Assembly (NCBI RefSeq): GCF_001194135.2
Contig: NC_068982.1
Location: forward strand, 160,485,969-160,519,038
Direction of reading: 5' to 3'
DNA: 33,070 nt
Source: Octopus bimaculoides
Lineage: Eukaryota
Positions 1 to 11,464 of the stretch are shown here, in pieces. Each line of letters opens with the position of its first letter. Within the stretch, counting starts at the first letter, position 1. A program made the translations under genes and the position numbers. A model generated the notes under the pieces. The model was given only the letters and a program-made list of their open reading frames with translations, made no database searches and had not been told where the DNA came from.

Positions 1-1698
1 AGGAAAACAAACAGAAAAGGCTTTACGGCCAGACGAGAAAAATTGTGTGTGTGTGTAAATTGATGGGTTTTTTTTCACAAAACTATATTATCCAGTGATA
101 AATTAAAGCATTACTACCATCATGAATTAAAGAAAATGAAATCTTCAAATCTTAAGAGACACTTTAGAGATTGAATAAAGAAAAAGAGGATAAAGTTTGA
201 AAATATCCTAAAATTGAAAGTCTATAAATCTTTAAAAAATTAGATCTCAAGAAGAATCATTGATTTTTTTCAATAAGGAAATATTCAGACAAAAAATACT
301 GAAAAAATTATTTATTGATTTCAACAGAATATTGTAAACGAAAGTGTATTTAAAACGAATTAAGAATTAAAGTGAATTCAAAAGCTGCTAAATTAAAATT
401 TATGCGTATATATTAAGACAGGAAATGTTGTTCATAAAATGTTTGATGAACAATATTTTGGAGAACATTTTAGAGGGATAAATATTAAAGCTGACAGATA
501 TACTGGAGGTTTCTTACGACATGAATAAAAAAATCCGACTATTTATAGATAACTTAGGTTTCGACCTTTACTTGCTTGGGTAATGTGTACCTTAATTGCA
601 CCGTTTCTTCTGGTGGTTTGAGGCCTTTCTGTTATTTTCTTATGCATTTCAACTTCTACGTTGCATCTTTCATTTTTTTTTCAGATCTGTTCCAGCACCA
701 ACAAAGTTAAATGCTGTTTTCATGTTAGTTTTTTTCTGATCCCGAAGTCATTTTGTCTCTGACACGAAAAATGTCATTATTTATCCTTATTTTAAACATC
801 CTTTTTTTTTTAATCTTATTTTAGCGAACTCGTTCCATAGAGTCTTCTTCTCTTTTTGCAACCAGCTTTTCCTTATCTTTGTTGCAGTAGATGAATAATA
901 AACTGGAAAATCCTGCTCCATAGAGGGACGTTTGCCGTACCAGAGATCTTTACTTGAGAATCCAGTCGCATAAGCGCTATTGTAATAATTTTTATTTGGT
1001 TCTTCACTCATAAATGATGACGTCATATTAAAGTGTTTTCATCGTATCACTAACCCTAGGACGCTGGAAGCCAAGGCTAAAGAGACCTGCCTTTTGTGAT
1101 GGATCTAACGGCACAACTGTGATATCTGTAGTTTTTGGTCTCGACGTACAAATTATCAATATTGTTACTCTGAAAAATGTTAATTATGATCAGAATGAGA
1201 TCACTAGAGGTAATACAAATAAAAGTGATCTAGTGGAGAGACTGTTGACCTTCCTCAGTTCATCCGGCTGTTGATAAGTTCTGTTTTGTTTTGTTTTTGT
1301 TTTTTTGTTTGTTTTGTAGATTCTCCAACTAAAATAACACACTCGTCGCTGAACATTCTTTGTGTAGTCATTGCTTTAGTCGCCTCTGGCCTCACTTTTA
1401 TAAATATGTCTAGTTACCCTTAGTGATACCGTTGCAATATTTTGCTTAACCTTACGAGGGTGGCAGGCAGGCTAATATATAGTATTGTGAACGGCGAGGC
1501 CCAGAAGTGGAAGACAAATATAAATATTAAGAAAGGGAGGGTTGAAGGCTCATAAATGGACCTCAGATGATATAGTGATGGAGAGGAAGTGTGTGGAGAC
1601 GCATTGGCAGCGAGGAAAGATGGGGAAGCTTGTTGCTCCAGCAAAAGCGCACAAAAGAGAGAAGTCATAATTAAAACGACAAAACAACAGAATTATTA

Positions 1699-1710
1699 CA
1701 TCAACATCAT

Positions 1711-1742
<32 letters not shown>

Positions 1743-1838
1743 GCAGCATCATTATCTTCAACAACGTCATTATTATCACCATTCTCATTTTCCGCATCCT
1801 TATTAACATCGTCATCCTCCTCCTCATCATCATCATGA
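1699..1838. repeat. Compound trinucleotide microsatellite (CAT)n(CAG)n with degenerate ATC/ATT extension
   Basis: Directly visible. It explains the poly-S/I and poly-A/D ORFs at 1550-1897 and 1589-1855. Confidence 0.9.
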
Positions 1839-2340
1839 TAACCATTAACAAGTGACCGCGTGGGGAGAATAAGATGACCCTCGCTTATAGGTGACAAGGA
1901 AAAGAATTACTGCTGAAGAAAGATAGTAACATAAAACAAAGAAAGAAAATCTTAGCTTTTCAACTTCATGGGCTGACAAATCTATGGTCGGCAAAAAAGC
2001 CTGCCGTCAACTGATTATCCTTGCTTCTTGTTAGCCATCATTTCTAATGATGACTGTAATGATGATGACGATGATGCTTGTGAGCAGGGTGATGATGATG
2101 ATAATAATGATGATGATTGACTTACTCTGTTCTTTTGTTTCGTGCTATTTTTCTGACCAACAGGCTTCCCAACATTTTCTAATGATGACGGCGATTGGTG
2201 TTGTTCTGTTGTTTTCTATATTCCTTCTTGGTAAAAATCACAGTAGGTCTTTTGAGAAAATAAGCATTTTAATACCGTCTCTCAAGTCTTTTCTCATTGC
2301 CTATGTGTCTTTTTCTTAGCCATCGGTTTGTTCTAAATGA

Positions 2341-2438
2341 TTTCTTCTTCTTCTTCTTCTTCTTCTTCTTCTTCTTCTTCTTCTTCTTCTTCTTCTTCTT
2401 CTTCTTCTTCTTCTTCTTCTTTTTCTTCTTCTTCTTCT
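2341..2438. repeat. (TTC)n microsatellite
   Basis: Near-perfect TTC run; source of the poly-F ORF 2297-2515. Confidence 0.97.
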
Positions 2439-2444
2439 CCTCCA

Positions 2445-2650
2445 TGTTAGCTGACAGAATCGTTACCGCGTCAGATAAAATGCTTAACGATACTTTAACC
2501 GGCTTTACGATCTGAGTTCAAATACTGCTGAGTCCTAATTTGCCTTTCGTACTTTGGGGTTCATAAAACAAGTACCAGTCAACTACAGCTTATTGATATA
2601 ATCGACTGGATCCCTCCCCCAATGTTTCAGGCTTTGTGCATAAATAAAGG
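2445..2650 (+). mobile_element. SINE family A copy (tRNA-derived, diverged)
   Basis: Aligns by eye with the copies at 20838-21262: cagaatcgtta...aaatgctta...tctgagttcaaat (B box)...tttgcctttcgtactttgggg...aagtaccagt...gatataatcgact. Ends in (ATT)n. Confidence 0.85.

Positions 2651-2694
<44 letters not shown>
2651..2694. repeat. (ATT)n/(TAA)n microsatellite between the SINE-A tail and the 3' end of the Dong-like element
   Basis: Directly visible. Confidence 0.97.
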
Positions 2695-4515
2695 CTGTTT
2701 GACTTTTGCCTTGTATTTGTACAAGTTGTCTCCAAATCTCACCCAGGGACCCCAAGAGACAAGTTAGAACTTCATGCTATGTAAGCAGCTTTAGCAGATA
2801 CCTTTCGCTTGATATTTTCTATGGTGGTATCGATGTCAAGTATGGTTTTCATACATTTTTCTTTAATTTTCGGATTTTTGTTGGCTTGATAATCTTGTCA
2901 AACTTAAAGATTTTTAAAACTTTCTGTTAGACCTAAGTAACTGAATTTGGTGTCGAATGCGCTCTTGCCAAGTAGTTTTCTTGTGAGAATGTCGTCGTTT
3001 TCTAATCTTTTCACCACATAGAATCGTTGAGATATTCGCGGATGTATAGTACAGGTGTTTGAGATCTGTAATATCAACATCATTAGCTGAAATTATATCC
3101 TTACGTGCAAGGCGGATTTTACCAATTGCTTTCACGTTCTGGTTAAAACTGCGAATTTTTGGGAGAGTGTCGCATTCATTCCTACTGGTTTCTTTAATTT
3201 TCAGTTATTCAATCATGACTTGATATTTTAGATCTGTTGGGTCGATTTCTCTGTGACTTTTTTCATCTATTTGATTTTAATCTGCCTTAGTGTTTGTGGT
3301 TGGTACGGAGAGAATTTCACTTTGCTTATCAGCTACCTTAACTCTTTCAATCATTATTGCATTTTCATTAGACCTGCGTTGATCTATAATTATTTCCTCC
3401 ATAGTATATTCTTTCGCTGCAACTTCTTTCCTGTTATCCCTTACTGATTGTTTAATTTGGTCAATCTCTAAGCAGGTTTGTTCAATATTACGATTTGTAT
3501 CTGGGGAAATATATGGCATGACAGAAGACCTTAAGAACTTATTTATTATCTCCCTTAGACCATTTTTTAATTCTTTTTCTTTTGGTTATTTGATGATAAG
3601 CATGGATGGCCATATGCTGGAATATTCCGGTTGTTGGATACTTCCAGCTCCTATGTCTCAGGAAGATTGAACCAGTAGCTGATTTTTTGTACCCAATATT
3701 GTTCATCACTCTGGTACGCGGTACTTGGTGATCCGAGTGACAGCCGATCTGGTTTGTATTTTGCTTTGTTATCATTGACGTATGAGGAGCCTGGACGTTG
3801 ACATTAGGGGACGGATTTATCTGTTTAGGGTTAATTTTTTGAGACAACACCACCTCCGAGTTCTCTGAATGAAAACATTGCTCGTAACGTCGCTGTATTT
3901 TTTTTTTGTTGATAGATTTACCTCCGGGCATAGTTTTTTGTGGTGTTTTTAAACTTATGAATTGTTCACTCTGTCAATGTTAGTTCTAAAAATAGAAAAT
4001 TGTTTGGTTTTGTTTTTAGTGTTTTTTTTTTGCTTCGTTTGTGACACGTGTTTTCATATGCGTGTATGTGTGTCCTGTAAATTACACGTAGTTATGTAAA
4101 CACTGGGATGTATGTGTAGTCTTATGGGTATTAAAATGTATATATGATTGTGTAGACATTCGATTGTATGCGTAATTAATCAATTTACGTACTTGCTGTT
4201 TTGTTCCATTTATATTTTATAATTTGTAAACTTTCCCCTGGTTATTTCGTGTGTGTGTTTCGCACAGATTTAACTGAGACATCGTCCATAGCAGAAACTG
4301 TGCTTAGTATGGCATTAAAATTTTGTTTTTGTGATTATTTTCGTTAAAAGGCCGCTTCCTTCAAGTCTTCCACAGGTTCCTCTATCTGATTCCACCGATA
4401 TTATTAGATTAGATTTGTCTTTGAATGGAGAGCCTGGTATAACACATCCAAGTTGTTATTCAACGCCGAACTCTCTGTTGTTATTCAGCGCGGAAAATCA
4501 AATAGATAAAAAAAG

Positions 4516-4517
<2 letters not shown>
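2695..4517 (-). mobile_element. R4-clade (Dong-like) non-LTR retrotransposon, internally deleted: 5'UTR plus N-terminal ORF remnant joined to a short 3' tail; RT and endonuclease absent
   Basis: Minus-strand translation across frameshifts gives RKRIKKWSKGDNK*VLKVFCHAI, IDQIKQSV, DTLPKIR, DITDLKHLYYTSANISTILCG, TTWQERIRHQIQLLRS and TIENIKRKVSAKAAYI. These resemble the pre-RT N-terminal region of R4/Dong ORFs (KWS..E, LPK, IT..N.L.YAAA, PW..RL...I..LR, LKQK..AKA). (TAA)n lies on both sides. Confidence 0.75.
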
Positions 4518-4564
<47 letters not shown>

Positions 4565-4582
4565 CATCATCATTATTATTAT
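4518..4582. repeat. (ATT)n/(TAA)n microsatellite at the 5' junction of the Dong-like element
   Basis: Directly visible. Confidence 0.95.
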
Positions 4583-4644
4583 CGCTTATTTTTTCGACTG
4601 TACATTCTTTTCAGTAATTCAGTATTTAGCAGTAAAATCTCTCA

Positions 4645-4665
4645 TAGATAGATAGATGGATTGAT

Positions 4666-4757
<92 letters not shown>
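4645..4757. repeat. (GATA)n then (GA)n microsatellite
   Basis: Directly visible. Confidence 0.97.
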
Positions 4758-4759
<2 letters not shown>

Positions 4760-5504
4760 GTACATATCTGTGTGCGCGTGTGTGTGTGTGAACAATCAAG
4801 CAAAGGAAATATGTCATACAGTCGTTGTTTAAACTAAGTCAAGCTTTTGTTGTTTTTTCCAATCTCAATGAGACTGATAAATATTGAGAATAAAGTAATA
4901 GTCAGTGATTTTGCTTGTAGCTATTAGCAATTTCTGTCAGTAAATAAACATATGAGAAACACTAATAATTAATGTTCATTTGGAACAGTGAGAGACCAGA
5001 GACGGATAATCTAATTGACATCTACAATTAATTAAGTATTAATACATTCACATTCTGCGTAAGAAATTATAACATTAGGTGTGTGCAATAAACATGATTG
5101 AAAATTGTCGCTACTGATCGATTGAACTAGCATTTCTGATTATGGTATGTGATTTCCGAAGTCTATATTTATATTCCTGTTCGTATTTACGTCTGAACGT
5201 GAGTATTACCATCTGCATGTATATTTTTGTCACTTGATAGTATAGCAGTGGCTATGATCCTTTCTAAGGGCTCGATCCTTGTGCGTAAAAAGAAGAATGT
5301 TATTATCAGTCCTGTGTCCTCAGCCAAATATTTACAGTCTCTTGTGAAACCAACAAAGAGCCAGGTTAAAACGAAAGACGTATTTAAGCGTACCAGCTGA
5401 GAATATCAATGACTATTTCAACTGACTTACGCGGGGCTTCCACCAACAAGAAAAACAATATAAAATACCTCGGTTTTATTGTCATGCAGCTACGGTTGAA
5501 ACAC

Positions 5505-5630
5505 AAGGCAGACTTTGCTTTTCATCCTTTCCGAGTCAATAAAATAAGTACAAGTTGAAAACTGGGGTCAGTATAACAAACTTACCCCTCCCGAAATATT
5601 GCTGGCATTTTGCCAAAATTTGAAATCAAT
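5505..5630 (+). mobile_element. SINE family A, 5'-truncated core plus tail
   Basis: gactttgcttttcatcctttccgagtcaataaaataagtacaagttgaaaactggggtc matches the SINE-A core at 20931-20995. Confidence 0.8.
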
Positions 5631-8143
5631 ACCGTTAATCATAACTTGCTACTAGGAATTACTGTCCTTCGTATATCTTTTTGGATAAATGTTGCTCAAA
5701 TTTGGAACTTCTCTTACTTTACAAGTGATTTGTATATTTTTCTATTATATTTTTGCGCTTTTCATTTTTTATCGTTATAACAGGAATGAGAGTTGATCGA
5801 TCAGTGAGCAGATACTATTTACAATGCTAGGCATCTAATACCGTCAATTTGGAAAGGAAATATTGATTCGAAATTTGAATAACAGAATCAAATAAGATAA
5901 AGGTTTTCTTTTTTCTTTTTTACAGGTAACAACTTTTTCTGGTTACTTATATATGGAAACATGGAAACATTAAACATTAACGAACATTCTCAAGTTGAAT
6001 AAATATTGAATGCTTATATGCCTCTATTTCATGAAGTAAGCAGTGCACCATTATTTTAAAAAATATGTACATAATTTTATTTAAAGGTTTCATTAGTAAA
6101 AGTGAATACAGCCCACTGGTGATAAGTTGTCAATAAATTGATAAATAAATTCAATTTTTTTAGGTAATGGCGTATATTTCCTGTCCTCCGAAGATAGTTG
6201 TTGCTAACTTCACTATATCTCTGCAAAGTTCGGTTAGTGTATATCATATCCTTTTAAAGGAACCAGTTCTGAAGATACTCCCCAAACATAGGGTAATAGA
6301 GGTCATTTGAATGTGTGAAATATATACGTATTTATTTATAAAGTTTTATCTCAGCCAGATTCATATTTCTTTTCAATTTGTATTTATAAGCATTTCAAAT
6401 AAAAACTATGTGCAAGAAATGCATGAACATTGTAACACACCTCAGTCTCATAAGCGAGCTTGTATAAATGAATCAATCTAAGGTTTTCATAATTTACACA
6501 GATATTCTTGTCATCTTATCTAATTATAACAGCCAGTCCTGTGAATTAAGAAGTCTTATTTTGTTAATATTAATTGCATGAATATAGATTACACATGTCG
6601 TATTTATGCACTGCAAGAAATAATGTGCCAATTTGATATGCGGATTGATTAACTTGGTGGTTGTACGACAAACTTTACATCAAAAATTACCAAAGCTGTT
6701 TCGGCATCTCGAAAATTAGTCTTCACTAAAAGTAACACTGAAATGATGGAAGTAAATGAAATCCAAATATTTATTTAGTCTTCATCAATCGATATGAAGT
6801 TCAATGCATCATGTAAGTTTCTTCTGAATCAATCATTTGTGTGTGTTTAACAGAGAGAAATGCAATAACAAAACTTTGTGTTTTATTAGTTAATCGAGGC
6901 GCAGCTGGTTAAATCTACAAACAGATCGATGACGTGTCCTTCGATTTTTGTGATGTACCTATATTTAAGACTTAAATCACTGGCTGATCCAGTCAATATA
7001 AATGTGAATCAGTACCTTGTTAAAGTGGTATTTGACTGCTGCAACAATCTGCAACATTATATATCGCTATATAATTGTTTTATTCACCTGTTATCTTCAA
7101 CTTAAGTCATATCATTTCTAAAATATTAGGGTTGAGTGGTGGTTAACTTTCATGGTGATAAGGAATAAGTTTGTTATATTGTAATTTGTGACCAATAGCC
7201 TCGTCGGGTACACAGTTTTAGTCAGGCCTTCCATTGGTTCACTGCAAGAGGAAAGACCATAATATCGTTGCTCCCTCTGATATATTTTACCACAATATAT
7301 ATTTATTGATCAATTTATTAGTTATCAAATTATTTGGTAACCAATATACAAATCCAAAGAAAATTAATTATTCATGCATTTGAATATTCATGTACATATA
7401 CTTGAAATACATGTACTGTATGTTTCAGAGCGAACACCAAAATGTATGTTTAATATTCCCAAACTGCTTATGCTTAATAACATTTAATAATCTAATTAGT
7501 AATCTCAAACTCATTAAGCATTATTTTATAGTTCAGTGATCATTAATTATTTCCCAATTCAGTGAACAATGGGTCGGCTGAGTGTATGAAACCATATTTA
7601 ATGCATTGAAGGTTTAAAAGTCTAAACGAAGATCAAGCCTTCATTTAGAGAGATGAAGATTATACAAGTAGATTGTTAATTTTATTTTCCATTGTTTACT
7701 GGAAGTGAAAAAGGCGATTACACACATGCCCTAAAATTTAATTGAATTCTATCTAACAATGACACCTTTCTACAAAATTAGAAATCTGTTAGGGACATCA
7801 TTCAGAGTTCATAGCGCCATATGACCCTTAGTTGAATCTCCCAAAACATATTTTGTGTATGACGTACGCAGCATCAAAATGTTTCCAGCAAAACAAGCTA
7901 TATTTGAGTTAATACAATTTGAACAATATAGAAAGTGAATTGTATTCACTTGATATGTAAAGAATGTCATTCTTTGCAATAAAAACAGGAAGATATAGAA
8001 TCCCTGTAAATAGACAAATTCCACATAAACATATTTACTCATACCTATCAAATGAAATTCTCCATCCAAAATGAGTTTATTTAAAATTTAAGATAATTTG
8101 TAAGAAGGATTTTGCTTTTAGCATCTTCCATACATATGCATAC

Positions 8144-8183
<40 letters not shown>

Positions 8184-8510
8184 NNNNNNNNNNNNNNNNN
8201 NNNNNNNNNNNNNNNNNNNNNNNNNNNNNNNNNNNNNNNNNNNNNNNNNNNNNNNNNNNNNNNNNNNNNNNNNNNNNNNNNNNNNNNNNNNNNNNNNNNN
8301 NNNNNNNNNNNNNNNNNNNNNNNNNNNNNNNNNNNNNNNNNNNNNNNNNNNNNNNNNNNNNNNNNNNNNNNNNNNNNNNNNNNNNNNNNNNNNNNNNNNN
8401 NNNNNNNNNNNNNNNNNNNNNNNNNNNNNNNNNNNNNNNNNNNNNNNNNNNNNNNNNNNNNNNNNNNNNNNNNNNNNNNNNNNNNNNNNNNNNNNNNNNN
8501 NNNNNNNNNN
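8184..8510. other. Assembly gap (N) flanked by (TA)n
   Basis: N run. Confidence 1.
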
Positions 8511-8526
8511 TATATATGTATATAAT

Positions 8527-9060
8527 ACAAATAGGACAAGAACGCAAAACCACCAGGCAGTTAGGCGATACAAAAAAGGGACAACAGAACATCCTGATAG
8601 ACGATACAAAGAAAACAAGGACGGGTCATTGGGAGTTTTCTTTCATCAGTTGAGGTCCAAATTATCTTTGCAATTTCGGCTGGTTGTACTTGAGATTGTT
8701 CCAATTTGGCCAGCCCCAAGGAAAAACTAAGCTAAGAGCATTGGATTCCTTGGAAGAAAGCACCGAATGTATACAAAAACAAGGACGAAAAAAAACGGAG
8801 AATGTTACACAAATAGCAGGACATAACAGGTATCTTTCGACTAAAGACGAATTAAATTATGCTGGGATACAAGATTTCGCAGGCAGAGGGAGGAATATAG
8901 ATGTTGCACGGACGCGGCCGAACCAAGAAAGAAAGGTCAGGCCTGGCCGAACACCGGTCACGTAGGAAGAGAAGACAGAGAGGTAGAGGCAGACGGACAG
9001 AAGAAATAAAGATGGGTGAGAAAAAATGCCAGGGACACAGTGAAGTGAAAAGAGGAGGGA
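8527..9060. mobile_element. Unclassified interspersed repeat (purine-rich plus strand, internal short repeats); possibly a terminal repeat of a Penelope-like or LTR element
   Basis: Internal repeats aaaacaaggacg (8612 and about 8777) and cgatacaaa (twice, 8565-8610). Composition differs from the flanks. Recalled as a recurrent cephalopod repeat but not verified. Confidence 0.4.
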
Positions 9061-9590
9061 AAGTGAGCATGTATATATATAAAAAAAGTCAATCCCAAAA
9101 AACGAAGAACAAACAAGAAAACAACGCGAGGACGTGGTACATGCAAAGAATTAACAGACGTTCAGGGAAGGAAAGAAAGGTAGTTTTACGTTTCGAGCAA
9201 AACACTCCTTCAGAAACAGGAGACAGAGGAAAGTCCAAGAGAAATTTATATATATAAGCACACACAGAAACACACACATGTGTGTGTGTGAGCGTGCGTA
9301 TGTGTGTGTGTGCGTGTGTATACATATGTGTGTAAATGTGTGTAGGAAAACTAGAACATATGTAGGTGCGTTAAAACAAGTATATCTCTGAAAATTTGAA
9401 ATTTTCATTGGATGAGTGCTCCACGAACTCTAACGGAATTTCCAAATAAGGAGAGATACTTTCGAGAATGAAGTCTTTTTCGAAAATGACAACCGATTAA
9501 CGAAAAGAAAATTTGATTGTCTCAAGAGGTGAGCTCTTAACAATTGCTTTTGTTTCAGTTGGCGTCATCATCACAGCAATTGTTTAAGCC

Positions 9591-9652
9591 TATATTCAGC
9601 TATGAATATACAGCTCTATGCTGTATATTCATAGAAATATACAGCATAGAGC
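9591..9652. repeat. Overlapping perfect inverted repeats (8, 15 and 17 bp arms)
   Basis: 9591-9598/9603-9610; 9600-9614/9620-9634; 9613-9629/9636-9652, all exact reverse complements. Confidence 0.95.
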
Positions 9653-10353
9653 ACAACTCATATATGACATACGTAATTTGCATAGATTAAACATGCACCT
9701 ATCGCTCGGCAATAGATTCTAATATATCTTGGATTCTCTATCTATCGACTTCTTGTACATTCCATATTAACATTGACGCTAACACCTAACTTGACACTAA
9801 CACCTGACTAACGGCCTCCAGCATGGCCTCTAAATAAAGGAAATTTTATGTACCAATGAAACGCATTTCCTCAAATAATCTTAATAATTTTATCCTCGAT
9901 GACACCAACTCTCTGCTTCACGTACTGACCTTTGTCTTATTATATTTCCACAAAAGCATTTTGTTATCTTTATATAATCTATCATCGTTCCTAATTTCAC
10001 GCATACACACATATATCTCAAACCTAACACATATACACAAATGAAACAAAAATAGAAAGAAGCATCCCCAAAATAGCAAGCACAGCACATTCACCATTCT
10101 CACAAATAAAAACCAATAAATAAAATTTGCATTACCAAAAGTCATATATCATGACTATCTCACCCGAGATGAAAGTACTACCCACAGTGATGCATTGAAC
10201 TTTCCAGTACACACAATAAACATGTTAAAAATGTATTCAGTTCTCTCATTGTTTGATGTAGTCACACGTAGTACACTATACTTTTATTTATGTATATGTG
10301 TGTCTGTGTGTATGTGTGGATTGTTGTAGTTCGATTTCACACAAATACACACA

Positions 10354-10354
10354 T

Positions 10355-10442
<88 letters not shown>
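10354..10442. repeat. (CA)n(TA)n compound microsatellite
   Basis: Directly visible. Confidence 0.97.
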
Positions 10443-10444
<2 letters not shown>

Positions 10445-11045
10445 TTACGTATTTATATATATATATGACGGGTATGTGTGGTGGGTATGCTGGTGAGGTT
10501 TACGTGTGAGTGAATTGAGTGAGTGCATATACAAGTTCAAGCATTTCAGAAAGGATTAGAAATCAAATTATCTATATATATATTCCTTCTTATTTATTCC
10601 TTATTTGTTTCATTTTTGAGGAACAAATTTTCAATAATAAACGCACTAATATTTTTTATCGCTTGCAAACAATCTTTCAGAAAGTTATTGTTTTATTTTA
10701 TGCAAACGGCTACACACACAAATATACATATACGTGTGTGTGCGTATGTATATATACATACATATAGTAGCATGTATAAATAAATGTCTGTGGTCTCAGT
10801 TTAATGCAAATATAAAATGCATTCAATGCAAATATAGAGTAAATTCTGTTTCCACAACACATATATGTATATACTACACTATATGTATAATACACACACA
10901 CACATACACTAATACATTCATACATATAGTACAACTGGTACGGAAACTACAACACAAAGACGTTACAAAAACTACTAGTTTATATTAGTTTGATGCTCAG
11001 TAAATGATGAGTATATATATATATATATGAGTGTGTGTGTGTGTG

Positions 11046-11398
11046 NNNNNNNNNNNNNNNNNNNNNNNNNNNNNNNNNNNNNNNNNNNNNNNNNNNNNNN
11101 NNNNNNNNNNNNNNNNNNNNNNNNNNNNNNNNNNNNNNNNNNNNNNNNNNNNNNNNNNNNNNNNNNNNNNNNNNNNNNNNNNNNNNNNNNNNNNNNNNNN
11201 NNNNNNNNNNNNNNNNNNNNNNNNNNNNNNNNNNNNNNNNNNNNNNNNNNNNNNNNNNNNNNNNNNNNNNNNNNNNNNNNNNNNNNNNNNNNNNNNNNNN
11301 NNNNNNNNNNNNNNNNNNNNNNNNNNNNNNNNNNNNNNNNNNNNNNNNNNNNNNNNNNNNNNNNNNNNNNNNNNNNNNNNNNNNNNNNNNNNNNNNNN
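11046..11398. other. Assembly gap (N) flanked by (TG)n
   Basis: N run. Confidence 1.
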
Positions 11399-11399
11399 T

Positions 11400-11439
<40 letters not shown>

Positions 11440-11464
11440 AAAAGCTAGGAGAGTGACTGCATGA

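Noticed and set aside
670-725. FNFVGAGTDL resembles the parvovirus/Polinton PLA2 calcium loop (YxGPG)
   Set aside because: The catalytic HDxxY is absent and the frame stops a few codons later.
1055-1140. TVVPLDPSQK resembles a TnpB/Fanzor RuvC-I motif (xxxxDPG), with YY...W downstream
   Set aside because: Only 3-4 residues match. There are no RuvC-II/III or zinc-finger motifs, no continuous ORF and no transposon ends.
1480-1670. HKWTSDDI...W pattern reminiscent of a LINE C-terminus
   Set aside because: Too short and degenerate to assign.
5905-5975. Strong polypyrimidine-AG acceptor (ttttctttttttcttttttacag)
   Set aside because: The following frame closes quickly and I see no matching donor or recognisable peptide; such tracts are common in AT-rich DNA.
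6886-6958. Candidate terminal exon on minus, YITKIEGHVIDLFVDLTSCASIN*
   Set aside because: Weak acceptor, peptide not recognised and no linked exons; it needs RNA-seq support.
8615-8655. Second hammerhead-like motif on minus (CTGATGA...ctcccaatgacccgtc)
   Set aside because: The essential GAAA is absent and stems I and II are poor in this copy.
8684-9257. ORFs 8684-8965 and 8901-9257
   Set aside because: Low-complexity K/R/E/G translations of a purine-rich repeat with no domain signature.
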